NCBI GenBank assembly: GCA_002702725.1
Contig: PABE01000114.1
Location: 35,843 to 99,842 of the forward strand
Direction: 5' to 3'
Source: Porticoccaceae bacterium
GTDB taxonomy: Bacteria; Pseudomonadota; Gammaproteobacteria; Pseudomonadales; Porticoccaceae
Length of the DNA: 64,000 nt
The notes under the pieces: generated by a model
Databases searched by the model: none
What the model saw: the letters and a program-made list of their open reading frames with translations, nothing else
What the model was told of the DNA's origin: nothing
Position numbers and translations under genes: made by a program
Part shown: piece after piece, positions 52,745 to 60,991 of the stretch
How the letters are laid out: the number at the start of each line of letters is the position of its first letter
How positions within the stretch are numbered: the first letter of the stretch is position 1

Positions 52745-53222
52745 TCAAGTGCGAAATCCGATTGCCAGCATCTACCTGCTCATGCTGATATCGACACTGC
52801 ATCAAGTACGCATCCTCAGGCGAATCCTCGTAGAAGTCCCTTAGGATTGAGATCGCTCTGAAGCCAAGCTTCTTGAGGAACAGTTGTGCTGGAAGGTTTT
52901 TCTCGCGAACCTCCAGCATGATTCGGTTTCTGCGGTCGGCGCTGAGCTTTCCCTGAAGCTTTGCGATCATCGACCTGCCAACCCCATTATTGCGGTTTCC
53001 TGGCAGCACAGCCAAATTCAGTAAGTGAAGCCTGTTTTTGTGCAGCTCGTAGATCATGAACCCGATGACTTGTTCATCCTCTTCGGACACCATGCCGATG
53101 CAGTTTCTTTGGCGAAGGCAGCGGATGAACTCCTCTTCGCTCCATGGAAACTCAAAGCTTTGGTTCTCGATTTCCAAGACCTGCGGCATGTCCCGACGAA
53201 TCATCCAGCGAATGTGTGCCAC
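52737..53222 (-). CDS. GNAT N-acetyltransferase (RimI-like)
   Basis: Motifs VLEIENQSFEFPWSEEEF, LLNLAVLPGNRNNGVGRSMI and LEVREKNLPAQLFLKKLGF. Confidence 0.75.
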   Translation of the reverse strand: MAHIRWMIRRDMPQVLEIENQSFEFPWSEEEFIRCLRQRNCIGMVSEEDEQVIGFMIYELHKNRLHLLNLAVLPGNRNNGVGRSMIAKLQGKLSADRRNRIMLEVREKNLPAQLFLKKLGFRAISILRDFYEDSPEDAYLMQCRYQHEQVDAGNRISHLIG

Positions 53223-53257
53223 CAGTTCACTCCTTGATTGCAGACTATCAAGCTATA

Positions 53258-53446
53258 TTACTTGCCGTCATCGGTAGGGTTTTTCTTAATTGCCTCAAGA
53301 ACCTCATCGAGGTTGTACTTGTTAAAACGACCGATTCTGTAGAACGGTATCTTTCCGTCGCTTGCAAGTCTGCTGATGCAGTTTGGAGTGACTCCGAGCT
53401 TTTCAGCAATTTCGTTTCTACTGAGAAGATCTTCCGCTGGATTCAT
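53258..53446 (-). CDS. excisionase-family / MerR-like HTH protein (62 aa)
   Basis: LSRNEIAEKLGVTPNCISRLASDGKIPFYRIGRFNKYNLDEV is the Xis/AlpA-type pattern. GGAGG lies upstream of the ATG. Confidence 0.65.
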   Translation of the reverse strand: MNPAEDLLSRNEIAEKLGVTPNCISRLASDGKIPFYRIGRFNKYNLDEVLEAIKKNPTDDGK

Positions 53447-53498
53447 GCTAGGTCCTCCACAATCTATATGCGCAAACCTGATCGTCCGTGAACGAATG

Positions 53499-53578
53499 TG
53501 AGAAGATTTGGGAAGATGTGGGAAAATATGAGAAGATGTGAGAAAACTTGAGAAAATCTGGGAATGGATCGGAATGTC
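53499..53578. repeat. eight direct repeats of TG(A/G)GAA(A/G)AT(N) with an exact 10-bp period
   Basis: The units are tgagaagatt, tgggaagatg, tgggaaaata, tgagaagatg, tgagaaaact, tgagaaaatc, tgggaatgga and tcggaatgtc. Confidence 0.9.
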
Positions 53579-53638
53579 GCGATGTATGCAATGTTTCGTG
53601 GCAAAACCGAAACTCGCCCGAAATCTATATGCGCCAAG

Positions 53639-54010
53639 TCATAATCTCTTGACCATGTCTGCTGCTTTTTCGAGCAAGATGACTCGCGGAGCTACCGATG
53701 CCTTCAGTGCTTGGCTACCACCGATCATTGCTGGGGTGACAAGCATTACAGCGACCATGAGTGGTGCAATGATGATCGGCTCCATTTGGTTTTCCTTGAT
53801 GGCTTTCCACTTCCAGATCGGAACAAAAACCAGCACAAGGATTGCAAATAAGCAAGTCAAGAACAAAAGCATCCCTGACCAAAACATCCAAGAAACGTAC
53901 TCCTGCGCCACTAACGGCGCCTGGTCCATGACAAATCCACCAGCGTCATTCGCTGCGGACTCGACTGCATCCAAGTATCCGTTGATTCTTTGCTTGATCT
54001 CTTCGTCCAT
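53639..54010 (-). CDS. two-TM membrane protein (123 aa)
   Basis: Hydrophobic segments WMFWSGMLLFLTCLFAILVLVFV and IIIAPLMVAVMLVTPAMI. Confidence 0.55.
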   Translation of the reverse strand: MDEEIKQRINGYLDAVESAANDAGGFVMDQAPLVAQEYVSWMFWSGMLLFLTCLFAILVLVFVPIWKWKAIKENQMEPIIIAPLMVAVMLVTPAMIGGSQALKASVAPRVILLEKAADMVKRL

Positions 54011-54025
54011 CTTCCTGGCCTTTGG

Positions 54026-54595
54026 TTATTTGTGCAGCGGGAACGGCGACACGATGATATCTGGCTCCATGTAGACAGGCTTTGCTTGACCATCTGGTCC
54101 TTTGAGCATGATCCAGGTAGCAGCAAGGCCTTCAGGCATGAACAAGCCGTTCGGGTCTGCTTGCGGCATCTGTTGCACTCGACCGTTATCGCTCATTGTG
54201 TGAATGCCCAAAAAGCGGTCGGCATCCACTAATGTTTTCGGGTTAGTAAACTGCACGCTATACGGGAGGCCAAATCCGATTGCTTCGCCGATAAAGATGA
54301 GTTCCCCGTTCAGGTTGACGATGTAGCAGTACGTCGTGATTTCTTTGTCGCGAAGCTCAAGGATGTCCTTTGCTAGCTTTCGCTCTGTGAATCGAGTGAT
54401 ATCGGGCATCCCGATCTGGCGATCTGCCTCTGCCAACCTTTGCTTTGTTTCGGCTGACTGTCGTGTATCTGCATCGTTTCCTGACAGCGCATTTGATCCG
54501 TCGAAGCTGCGGATGGCGCCTATGATTAAGCCTGCAAGGATCGCGATGATTGCAATCACAACAAGAGCTTCAACAACTGAGAATGCCTTACGCAT
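54026..54595 (-). CDS. prepilin-type (type IV pilin / pseudopilin-like) protein
   Basis: The N-terminus MRKAFSVVEALVVIAIIAILAGLIIGAI has a class III signal-like shape, with Glu at +5 after the predicted cleavage site. Confidence 0.6.
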   Translation of the reverse strand: MRKAFSVVEALVVIAIIAILAGLIIGAIRSFDGSNALSGNDADTRQSAETKQRLAEADRQIGMPDITRFTERKLAKDILELRDKEITTYCYIVNLNGELIFIGEAIGFGLPYSVQFTNPKTLVDADRFLGIHTMSDNGRVQQMPQADPNGLFMPEGLAATWIMLKGPDGQAKPVYMEPDIIVSPFPLHK

Positions 54596-54920
54596 CTTTC
54601 AAATCCTCCAGGAAATCGCGAACGTCAGACGGGAGACGATCCCAATCAAGTTCGTTCGCGCGGTGCAGAATCAGGCTTCTCAGCGCAGACTTGTGGTCTT
54701 CGCCTGCCTTGGTGTATTCAACTTGCATCTCTCGAAGGTCGCGAACTGTACCTTCTACATAGCTTTTGTTCTCTCGGTAGATGTCGGTTTTCACTGACTC
54801 AAGTTCAGTTCCGTAGGTCCGCATCACCTGAAGCTTCAGCCAAAGTGCGCCAAAGGCTATGCCGCCAACAACTGCGACAGCCAGAACCAACCCGCCGATC
54901 CAGGTAAGCGCATCTTTCAT
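54588..54920 (-). CDS. N-terminally anchored membrane protein (110 aa)
   Basis: TM segment WIGGLVLAVAVVGGIAFGALW. 8-nt overlap with the pilin-like gene. Confidence 0.5.
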   Translation of the reverse strand: MKDALTWIGGLVLAVAVVGGIAFGALWLKLQVMRTYGTELESVKTDIYRENKSYVEGTVRDLREMQVEYTKAGEDHKSALRSLILHRANELDWDRLPSDVRDFLEDLKDA

Positions 54921-54947
54921 TTGATTTGATCCGTAAGCGGTTAAATG

Positions 54948-55190
54948 TCATTTTCTGCGGAACGCATTCACATCTATAACGACCGTCTCGTATGGTCCGT
55001 ATGTTTCTCTGTCGATAATCTCGCTTGATTCACTGTCGATGATGACGAATGTCCTGCTAGGAAGTGATTTGACAACATCGCCACCTGTATGCGAATCAAA
55101 TAAACCTGTGAATTTTACAATTTGCATAACACCAATTGAGAGCAACAAGCAAAATGCGATTTCCACTAAATCATCGGCAAGCTCTTTCAT
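54948..55190 (-). CDS. small N-terminally anchored membrane protein (80 aa)
   Basis: An internal ATG at 55190 avoids overlap with the upstream gene. TM segment VEIAFCLLLSIGVMQIV. Confidence 0.4.
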   Translation of the reverse strand: MKELADDLVEIAFCLLLSIGVMQIVKFTGLFDSHTGGDVVKSLPSRTFVIIDSESSEIIDRETYGPYETVVIDVNAFRRK

Positions 55191-55201
55191 GCTTTCCCTT
55201 G

Positions 55202-55630
55202 TCACAAAGGCCAGTCTGGAGGAGTTGTTTCTCCAGTCTTTTCGTACTTGTTTTTGTCGCCGACAAAGCGAACCGCAATTGCTAGGCTTTCTGAGCATTG
55301 CTTGTTGAATGTGTGGTCAAAAGCACTGAGAAACTGGAATTCAAATCCGCTGCCGCTAAAAAGACACTCAACCATACTCCATTCACAAGAAAGGGAATCG
55401 TACCCCCATTGTCCAGGAAGCGGATCGGATAAAATCCAAATCGGAATTACGCAGAATCTCTCGTTGCATGCGTTGATGTTGTCAACGATCGTAGAGACAA
55501 TTTTGATAACTTTCTCTGAACTTCCGCCGTGCATTTTGTTTGCATTTGAGGAGACTTCTATCAAGGCCTTCTCTCGCGCGCTTTTGTACTCGCCGATCAC
55601 CCTCTCGGTTCTGCTTGTCATTTCAGCCAC
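55202..55630 (-). CDS. hypothetical protein (142 aa)
   Basis: ORF only. Confidence 0.45.
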   Translation of the reverse strand: MAEMTSRTERVIGEYKSAREKALIEVSSNANKMHGGSSEKVIKIVSTIVDNINACNERFCVIPIWILSDPLPGQWGYDSLSCEWSMVECLFSGSGFEFQFLSAFDHTFNKQCSESLAIAVRFVGDKNKYEKTGETTPPDWPL

Positions 55631-56069
55631 CCAGTTTTCTTAGGATTCCAAGTCTTGCTTCACGCCAAACAAGATCCACCACCTTTAGTGGCCTGAAGCA
55701 GTAATTACAGGCAAGTCTTCCGTTCTTCCAGACGCTTTGCCAAGAGACTGGAAGGTCGTTCGCTGCGTATTCTTCGAGTTTCTGATGCACCTCACTCCCG
55801 GCTTTGGCTTTGGTAACATCCACAAACTTGACGCTGACGAACTTGTCAGTGAACACCTCGAAGTATCCATCCCCATGAGCTACAACAAGAACCTTTGCTC
55901 TGCCGTTTGCCTTAGTGATCTTCTCTTGCCACTCAAGACCTTCGTCTGTCTCAAGCCACACTGGCATTTCTTCTGCCATGCATGACCGCAATAACGCACG
56001 TCCTTTCTCGCTTCTAACAAGCCACTCTCGGAGTGACTTCTTGGAGTTGAACGAAACCTTGCGAGCCAT
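55623..56069 (-). CDS. hypothetical protein (148 aa)
   Basis: ATG at 56069 (MARKVSF...). Confidence 0.45.
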   Translation of the reverse strand: MARKVSFNSKKSLREWLVRSEKGRALLRSCMAEEMPVWLETDEGLEWQEKITKANGRAKVLVVAHGDGYFEVFTDKFVSVKFVDVTKAKAGSEVHQKLEEYAANDLPVSWQSVWKNGRLACNYCFRPLKVVDLVWREARLGILRKLGG

Positions 56070-56107
56070 GACATTACCACAGATGGACAAAAACCGCAAC
56101 TACAAAA

Positions 56108-56275
56108 TCAGGAAAACCACTGATTGCCTTCAAGCGCCTTGTACCAAATGCCAAGCTTGTGCTTGATTTTACGCTGCAATTCGAGTCGGTCTTCGCGGTG
56201 CATGTCTAGCTTGTTCGTGGCGAGAATCAGCTCGGTCGCCGTGAACTCGATGTCTTCTGCGTTGAGCCCTCTCAC
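56108..56275 (-). CDS. small hypothetical protein (55 aa)
   Basis: The GTG at 56275 forms a GTGA overlap with the upstream stop. Confidence 0.3.
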   Translation of the reverse strand: MRGLNAEDIEFTATELILATNKLDMHREDRLELQRKIKHKLGIWYKALEGNQWFS

Positions 56276-56601
56276 TGTTGGCGTCTGGTGCGGAGTCCGA
56301 CCAGGTCGTTTAGGCTCTTTGCCCAGAATTCGTCTGGCGCTCGTGGCGCTGGTGGGTTGCCTTTCCATTTTGCCTTTATGAACTCCGGGTCGTAGTAGTC
56401 TGGGTCCCAAACGGACTTGAGCCAGATAGCATTGGAATTGTCAATCGTTGGCCACTCTTTGCCGCCGATCTTTAGTGTCGGTGTCTTGTCGCGGTCAGCC
56501 ACATGCAGCATGTGCAGCAGCGGGCAGAGACAAATCACCATTCTTCGGTCGTCAACCCTCACCATGGAGCCAGAGCCAGATCCAAGGTGAGCAGCCTGCA
56601 T
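56272..56601 (-). CDS. hypothetical protein; start uncertain
   Basis: ATG at 56601 within track ORF 56272-56757. The longer form would overlap the upstream gene. Confidence 0.35.
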   Translation of the reverse strand: MQAAHLGSGSGSMVRVDDRRMVICLCPLLHMLHVADRDKTPTLKIGGKEWPTIDNSNAIWLKSVWDPDYYDPEFIKAKWKGNPPAPRAPDEFWAKSLNDLVGLRTRRQQ

Positions 56602-56686
56602 GTACCAGGGGGCGAACCAAAAGCTTGGTCTTTGCGATATCCCGCTGGCCCAGCAGAAGTTTCTACCAGAAAGGCCGACTACAGTT

Positions 56687-57106
56687 CTAGCCGCGAGCCT
56701 TGACTGCTCGGACTGCGTCTCGCATCTTTCCGCTTGCGATTCCTTTGTCGAGTGCATACTGCAACACTTCCTTGCGCGCTATTGGTTTGAGTCTCACTAC
56801 CTCTCGGTGGTGCGTCCAGCTGAGTTCCGGCCATCGCTCGGAGGCTTTGAAGGCTCGTGCAATAGCAGCATGTCTTCCGATCATGTCCGCAGTGGTTGGG
56901 TCTGGGACGATGTTGTTGTAGAACGCTTCGCCGAATCGTGCTTCGCCGTAGGTCACAAGATCCCCGATCCACCACGGATGGTTCCTTGCAATCCAGAGCA
57001 GGAAATTGAGGGCGTTCTCCCAATCTTCTCCTTCGGGAGCGCCTTCCATTTCAAGCTGCGTTGGCCTGAGTACAAACGGGCCGATCTTCAGTTCAGGTGC
57101 TTCCAT
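56687..57106 (-). CDS. conserved phage protein of unknown function (WWIGD...YGE...SWTHHREV pattern)
   Basis: ATG at 57106 (MEAPELKIG...). The motifs are remembered from uncharacterised phage and plasmid proteins. Confidence 0.45.
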   Translation of the reverse strand: MEAPELKIGPFVLRPTQLEMEGAPEGEDWENALNFLLWIARNHPWWIGDLVTYGEARFGEAFYNNIVPDPTTADMIGRHAAIARAFKASERWPELSWTHHREVVRLKPIARKEVLQYALDKGIASGKMRDAVRAVKARG

Positions 57107-57332
57107 TTTCGTCGATCTCCTTGAGTTTCTTCTTGGCAAACTGGCGCATCATGTCGCCGATCTCATCGCTAGCTTCGTGATTCACAAACAGGCAGATACA
57201 GAAATGCCATCGCTGTAGCTTTTTGATCCAGCGCTCGCCGTTGCCTTGGCAGTGCTTGCACTTCTGGTACGGCTCGTACTTCGCCGACTCTCCAAGCCCG
57301 TACTTATTCTTCAGTTCGCTCAGACTTGGCAT
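57093..57332 (-). CDS. small zinc-finger-like protein (79 aa)
   Basis: Contains CKHCQGNGERW. Confidence 0.45.
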   Translation of the reverse strand: MPSLSELKNKYGLGESAKYEPYQKCKHCQGNGERWIKKLQRWHFCICLFVNHEASDEIGDMMRQFAKKKLKEIDENGST

Positions 57333-57651
57333 GCTCTTCCTTGATTATGTTGTAGATCTTCATCGCCGCTTCATCGGAAAGCTTCGATGTGTTTACGATC
57401 GAAATTTCACTCCTCGCTTGCTGAACTTTTGCCTCATGAATAATTTCCGGTGTTGCAATTTCTCCCCTGTATGGCCCCCATGCGTTTCTCCTCCCACGAA
57501 TCAAAAGGTCTGGGTTTAGGGTGTACGTGCCACACTTGATGAATCCTTTCGGAGTGATCCTTTCGACAGGAACAATTTGCCACTGTCCAGTGCCGTACCC
57601 AGCCCTGAAAGCTATCTTGTCACCGACTTTCAATTCAGGTGCTTCACTCAT
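57304..57651 (-). CDS. hypothetical protein (115 aa)
   Basis: The N-terminus MSEAPELKVG is shared with the gene at 56687-57106. Confidence 0.45.
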   Translation of the reverse strand: MSEAPELKVGDKIAFRAGYGTGQWQIVPVERITPKGFIKCGTYTLNPDLLIRGRRNAWGPYRGEIATPEIIHEAKVQQARSEISIVNTSKLSDEAAMKIYNIIKEEHAKSERTEE

Positions 57652-58013
57652 GACACAGTGTCCTCCTCGGCTTTTGATTCAAACTTCTGTTTCAGCCTGA
57701 GGAACTCTGTGTATTCTCGTTCCTCGCGCATCTTCTTGTATTCTTCTCGCCTTTTCTCTTCGGCCTGCCTTGCTGCTTCGTATTCATCGTCACCAAAGAA
57801 TCGTCGCATCTTGTCTTCTCGGAAGTTCATCCAATTGAACTCGCCGTATTCGGTGATTTCTCCACGTTCGCCGTCATAGCCTGGGGAACCTTCCAGGCAT
57901 GAGAATGTACCATCGTCGTATCCGATGAAGAGATAGTCTTCTTCGTGCGATACAGTGTGGATTGTCTTCCCTACACAGTTATTGATCATGACTGGATCGT
58001 CGTTGATTCCCAT
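57648..58013 (-). CDS. hypothetical acidic protein (121 aa)
   Basis: ATGA overlap with the downstream gene. Confidence 0.45.
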   Translation of the reverse strand: MGINDDPVMINNCVGKTIHTVSHEEDYLFIGYDDGTFSCLEGSPGYDGERGEITEYGEFNWMNFREDKMRRFFGDDEYEAARQAEEKRREEYKKMREEREYTEFLRLKQKFESKAEEDTVS

Positions 58014-58016
58014 GGC

Positions 58017-58934
58017 TCAATCCAAAACAGGGGTAACGGACCAGTCGAAGTCGATCTCCAACCGGCGATTCAAAGTGTGACAAGTGCGAGCAACCCAGTA
58101 GTGTGGCGCGAACTGCTCGACTGCTTCGCGTTTCTTTTCTGTGAGGCTATGGCGGTGGTCGTAGATCCCAATGAAATCACCGTGCTCTTTCAGCCACTGG
58201 GCTGCCGTCTGCGGTCCAATCCCAACGGCTGACGGAACGTCGTCCTTTCCGGTCAAGCACAGGTAATCCACGATCTGATTAGGCTTAATCCCAACCTTCT
58301 CCTCAACACCTTCTGCGTTCGTGTACTCACCTTTAGACCAAGCGACCACACCGCGACAGATGATTTGGTAGTAGTCTTTGTCTGAAGTGCAGACGACCAC
58401 CTGCCCTCCCCTGACGATGCATCTGGTTGTCATCGTTGCGGCAACATCATCAGCCTCATGCCCGTCAATTTGAATCCACGGAACCTGATAGAATTCACAG
58501 CTGGCTGCGATTACCCTGGCGATGTTGGTGATTTCTTGTGGCCGATCGTTCCTGCTCTTCTTGTACTCAGGGCAGATGTCCTTGCGAATCAGTCCATCTC
58601 TTTCGTCAGATGCGATGACAATCCACCGAGGCTGAACTTTCTTTTCAAGCATTCGGACTCGCCGCATGAACGAGTCCTGCGCCTGCCCCATGTCCTGTGA
58701 CTGTGAGAAATCAGCGCGAATCCAATTCATCGCATCGACAATCAGCATCTTGGGCTTGTCTTCGCCAAGAAACTCCTTCCTCTTCCTGACGACAACCGGC
58801 CAGCAGGCTTGTCGATACCACGGTTGACTTGACAGCAGGATGTCCGTCCCGATTGGCTCAAGTTCCTCGATCGACTTGGTCTTGTCGATGTCGGCCTGTG
58901 CCTGTGCAACTGTTTGAGCTTGCCAATCATTCAT
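58017..58934 (-). CDS. 5'-3' exonuclease / flap endonuclease (PIN-like, Pol I N-terminal type)
   Basis: Motifs MLIVDAMNWIR, ASDERDGLIRKDICPEYKKSR, GHEADDVAATM, CTSDKDYYQI and LTGKDDVPSAVGIGPQTA. Confidence 0.85.
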   Translation of the reverse strand: MNDWQAQTVAQAQADIDKTKSIEELEPIGTDILLSSQPWYRQACWPVVVRKRKEFLGEDKPKMLIVDAMNWIRADFSQSQDMGQAQDSFMRRVRMLEKKVQPRWIVIASDERDGLIRKDICPEYKKSRNDRPQEITNIARVIAASCEFYQVPWIQIDGHEADDVAATMTTRCIVRGGQVVVCTSDKDYYQIICRGVVAWSKGEYTNAEGVEEKVGIKPNQIVDYLCLTGKDDVPSAVGIGPQTAAQWLKEHGDFIGIYDHRHSLTEKKREAVEQFAPHYWVARTCHTLNRRLEIDFDWSVTPVLD

Positions 58935-60577
58935 ATCAGATCCTCCCTGGCGACTTCGCGTACCTTGCTCCGCACGTCATTTGGATTGCGAGGCATGTTT
59001 CTCAGGTTCCTTGGTGGCCAAAACCCGTGTCGCTTTTTGAATAGCGTGAATGCCTGGGCAAAAGACATTGGCCTGTTGGACTTTGACTTCTTGCATGCCC
59101 AATACATCCGGTCCCAAAGCTCCTGGGCAGAGTATTCCTTGGGTTCATGGCTCTTGCGAAGCTCCTCCTCGGAGACGATTCGCATCTTCCCGCTTTTCTC
59201 GATAATCTTTTTTCCGCGAAACGAAGACTCTTGACCGCAACCAACAGGAGGCTCTGGGCATTTAGCGCCAGACATCCGCATCGTCCCGCAGTTGGTGCAG
59301 GTAATGGGCGGTGCCTCAGCCATTTCCTTTTCGATCTTCTTTTGCTCTTCACAGAGCTGCTCCTCAGTCATGCCGAAGATCTTCTGCCAATCTCGATCCA
59401 TGTTTGGTGAACCGAATCGCCAACAGTTGCCACAGTGGTCTGTGATAATGACGTGGTTTGGTGTTTCTGGCGAATAACGAAGCACCCTGCCGACCACTTG
59501 GACGAACGTCTTCAGCGTTCCTATGGGGCAGGCGAGGACGAGGTGATAAGTCGAACATTCATCTATCCCCTCCCTGAGTACAAAACGATTGCATAGGACT
59601 TTTATCTCGCCATTCCGATAGAGAGACATAATCTCGTCCCTTTTGTCCCCCTTAGGGTCTTTTACCAACTCCCCGTCGTGCCACACATCTGTGCCATCAA
59701 TGTGCGCTGCTGGAATTCCTCGCTTGCAAAACTCTTCAGCCATCCAGATCGAAGACTTGACGCACGGAGCAAATAGGAATGTTGGCTTTCGTGCTGGATT
59801 TGCTATCAGCCACTCGTCGATAATTTTTCCGACGACAGCCTGCGAGTAAACATACTTGGTGACATCGCCAACCCGGTATTCTCCCGTAGCCTCCCTGCCA
59901 ACCTTGGAAAGGTCAAGCTCAGAGAATACCTTCACAATGGCTGGTACATGCGCTCCGCACTTGCGCAATTCAGTATTAGTTCCAGCGACGATAATGTCCT
60001 GGTACTTCTTCATTCCGACTGGGCTAGCGGTGATCCCAACTATGCACGCGCCATTGTCTGCTTGCTGTTGCAGGATGTTCATGGCCTGCGGGCCAAGCTG
60101 CGTGTGGGCCTCATCCACCAAAACAATGTTGGCCTTGTGAAGCTTCAGTACAGCATCGTCGCCAAGGCATCTCGAAGCTTCTGTTGGCATCGAGGAGATC
60201 TGCACAGGGTGATCGTGGTCCATCCTGTCAGGCATTGATGCTGCCCGAACACCGAAGTCCATGCCCGACCTTGAGAACACTTCAACCAGCTGCTTGAGGA
60301 GCATCTTTCGGTTGACTTTCAAGTCCACTCGCAGATCGTTTGCTACTGCCCAGCGAGTGACTGCCTCCATGATCTTAGACTTGCCGCCACCAGTAGGGCT
60401 TTGCATGCAGATCCACTTGCCAGGCTCAATGGATTTGATGATCTCTTCAGCGCCGTACAACTGGTGAGGCCAAGGCTTTACCGAGAAATATTTTTCGATG
60501 GTTTCCACCCGCTTACCCCCGAAACTTCCTTTGCCTCGTCCCTGAATGTTTCCCAAGCAAGCTTGAATTCTTTCCAT
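58931..60577 (-). CDS. SF2 DEAD/DEAH-box helicase
   Basis: Motifs QSPTGGGKS (Walker A), VLVDEAH and VVGRVLR. The start may be the GTG at 60508 instead. Confidence 0.8.
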   Translation of the reverse strand: MERIQACLGNIQGRGKGSFGGKRVETIEKYFSVKPWPHQLYGAEEIIKSIEPGKWICMQSPTGGGKSKIMEAVTRWAVANDLRVDLKVNRKMLLKQLVEVFSRSGMDFGVRAASMPDRMDHDHPVQISSMPTEASRCLGDDAVLKLHKANIVLVDEAHTQLGPQAMNILQQQADNGACIVGITASPVGMKKYQDIIVAGTNTELRKCGAHVPAIVKVFSELDLSKVGREATGEYRVGDVTKYVYSQAVVGKIIDEWLIANPARKPTFLFAPCVKSSIWMAEEFCKRGIPAAHIDGTDVWHDGELVKDPKGDKRDEIMSLYRNGEIKVLCNRFVLREGIDECSTYHLVLACPIGTLKTFVQVVGRVLRYSPETPNHVIITDHCGNCWRFGSPNMDRDWQKIFGMTEEQLCEEQKKIEKEMAEAPPITCTNCGTMRMSGAKCPEPPVGCGQESSFRGKKIIEKSGKMRIVSEEELRKSHEPKEYSAQELWDRMYWACKKSKSNRPMSFAQAFTLFKKRHGFWPPRNLRNMPRNPNDVRSKVREVAREDLI

Positions 60578-60963
60578 GCCTGCACGACTTCATTGAGATC
60601 GATAGTGTCTTCCCAGCCGTGGAGAATCCCGAACTCTTTGATCCACTCTCGGGGGTCCACTTCGCAGTATCGATCCACAAGGTGCTCTAGCTCACTCGCG
60701 TCCTCTCTGTCGACAAGCGACTTGTTGGTATCTGTTTTTGCAGACATACCTTCCACTTCATCCAGGCAGGACGACGTGGTCATGTATCTTCCTGAAGCAA
60801 TCTTCCTGCTCAGCTCCCGCACTTTCGATGGAGACAGCTTCGCTATTCGCTTGGCATCCTCTCGGTTTATGTGGATTCCGCCATCCTGAACCACCGAATA
60901 TGCCAGCGGCTCAAGTTTTTCGAGCGGGTTTTCCCCATCGACTTGGTACTTATATCGGATCAT
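60478..60963 (-). CDS. hypothetical protein (161 aa)
   Basis: ATG at 60963 (MIRYKY...). It overlaps the annotated 5' end of the helicase. Confidence 0.4.
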   Translation of the reverse strand: MIRYKYQVDGENPLEKLEPLAYSVVQDGGIHINREDAKRIAKLSPSKVRELSRKIASGRYMTTSSCLDEVEGMSAKTDTNKSLVDREDASELEHLVDRYCEVDPREWIKEFGILHGWEDTIDLNEVVQAWKEFKLAWETFRDEAKEVSGVSGWKPSKNISR

Positions 60964-60991
60964 TCTAACACAGGTAGACAAAAAACGCAAC

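Noticed and set aside
52145-53446. A lysogeny module (att, integrase, excisionase)
   Set aside because: An Xis-type HTH and a tRNA-like fragment are present, but no tyrosine or serine recombinase motif is visible anywhere in the window. An integrative lifestyle cannot be asserted from this sequence.
53538-54074. 178-aa plus-strand ORF across the repeat array and the two-TM gene
   Set aside because: It lies antisense to a well-formed minus-strand membrane-protein gene within a uniformly minus-strand arm, and it begins inside the 10-bp repeat array.
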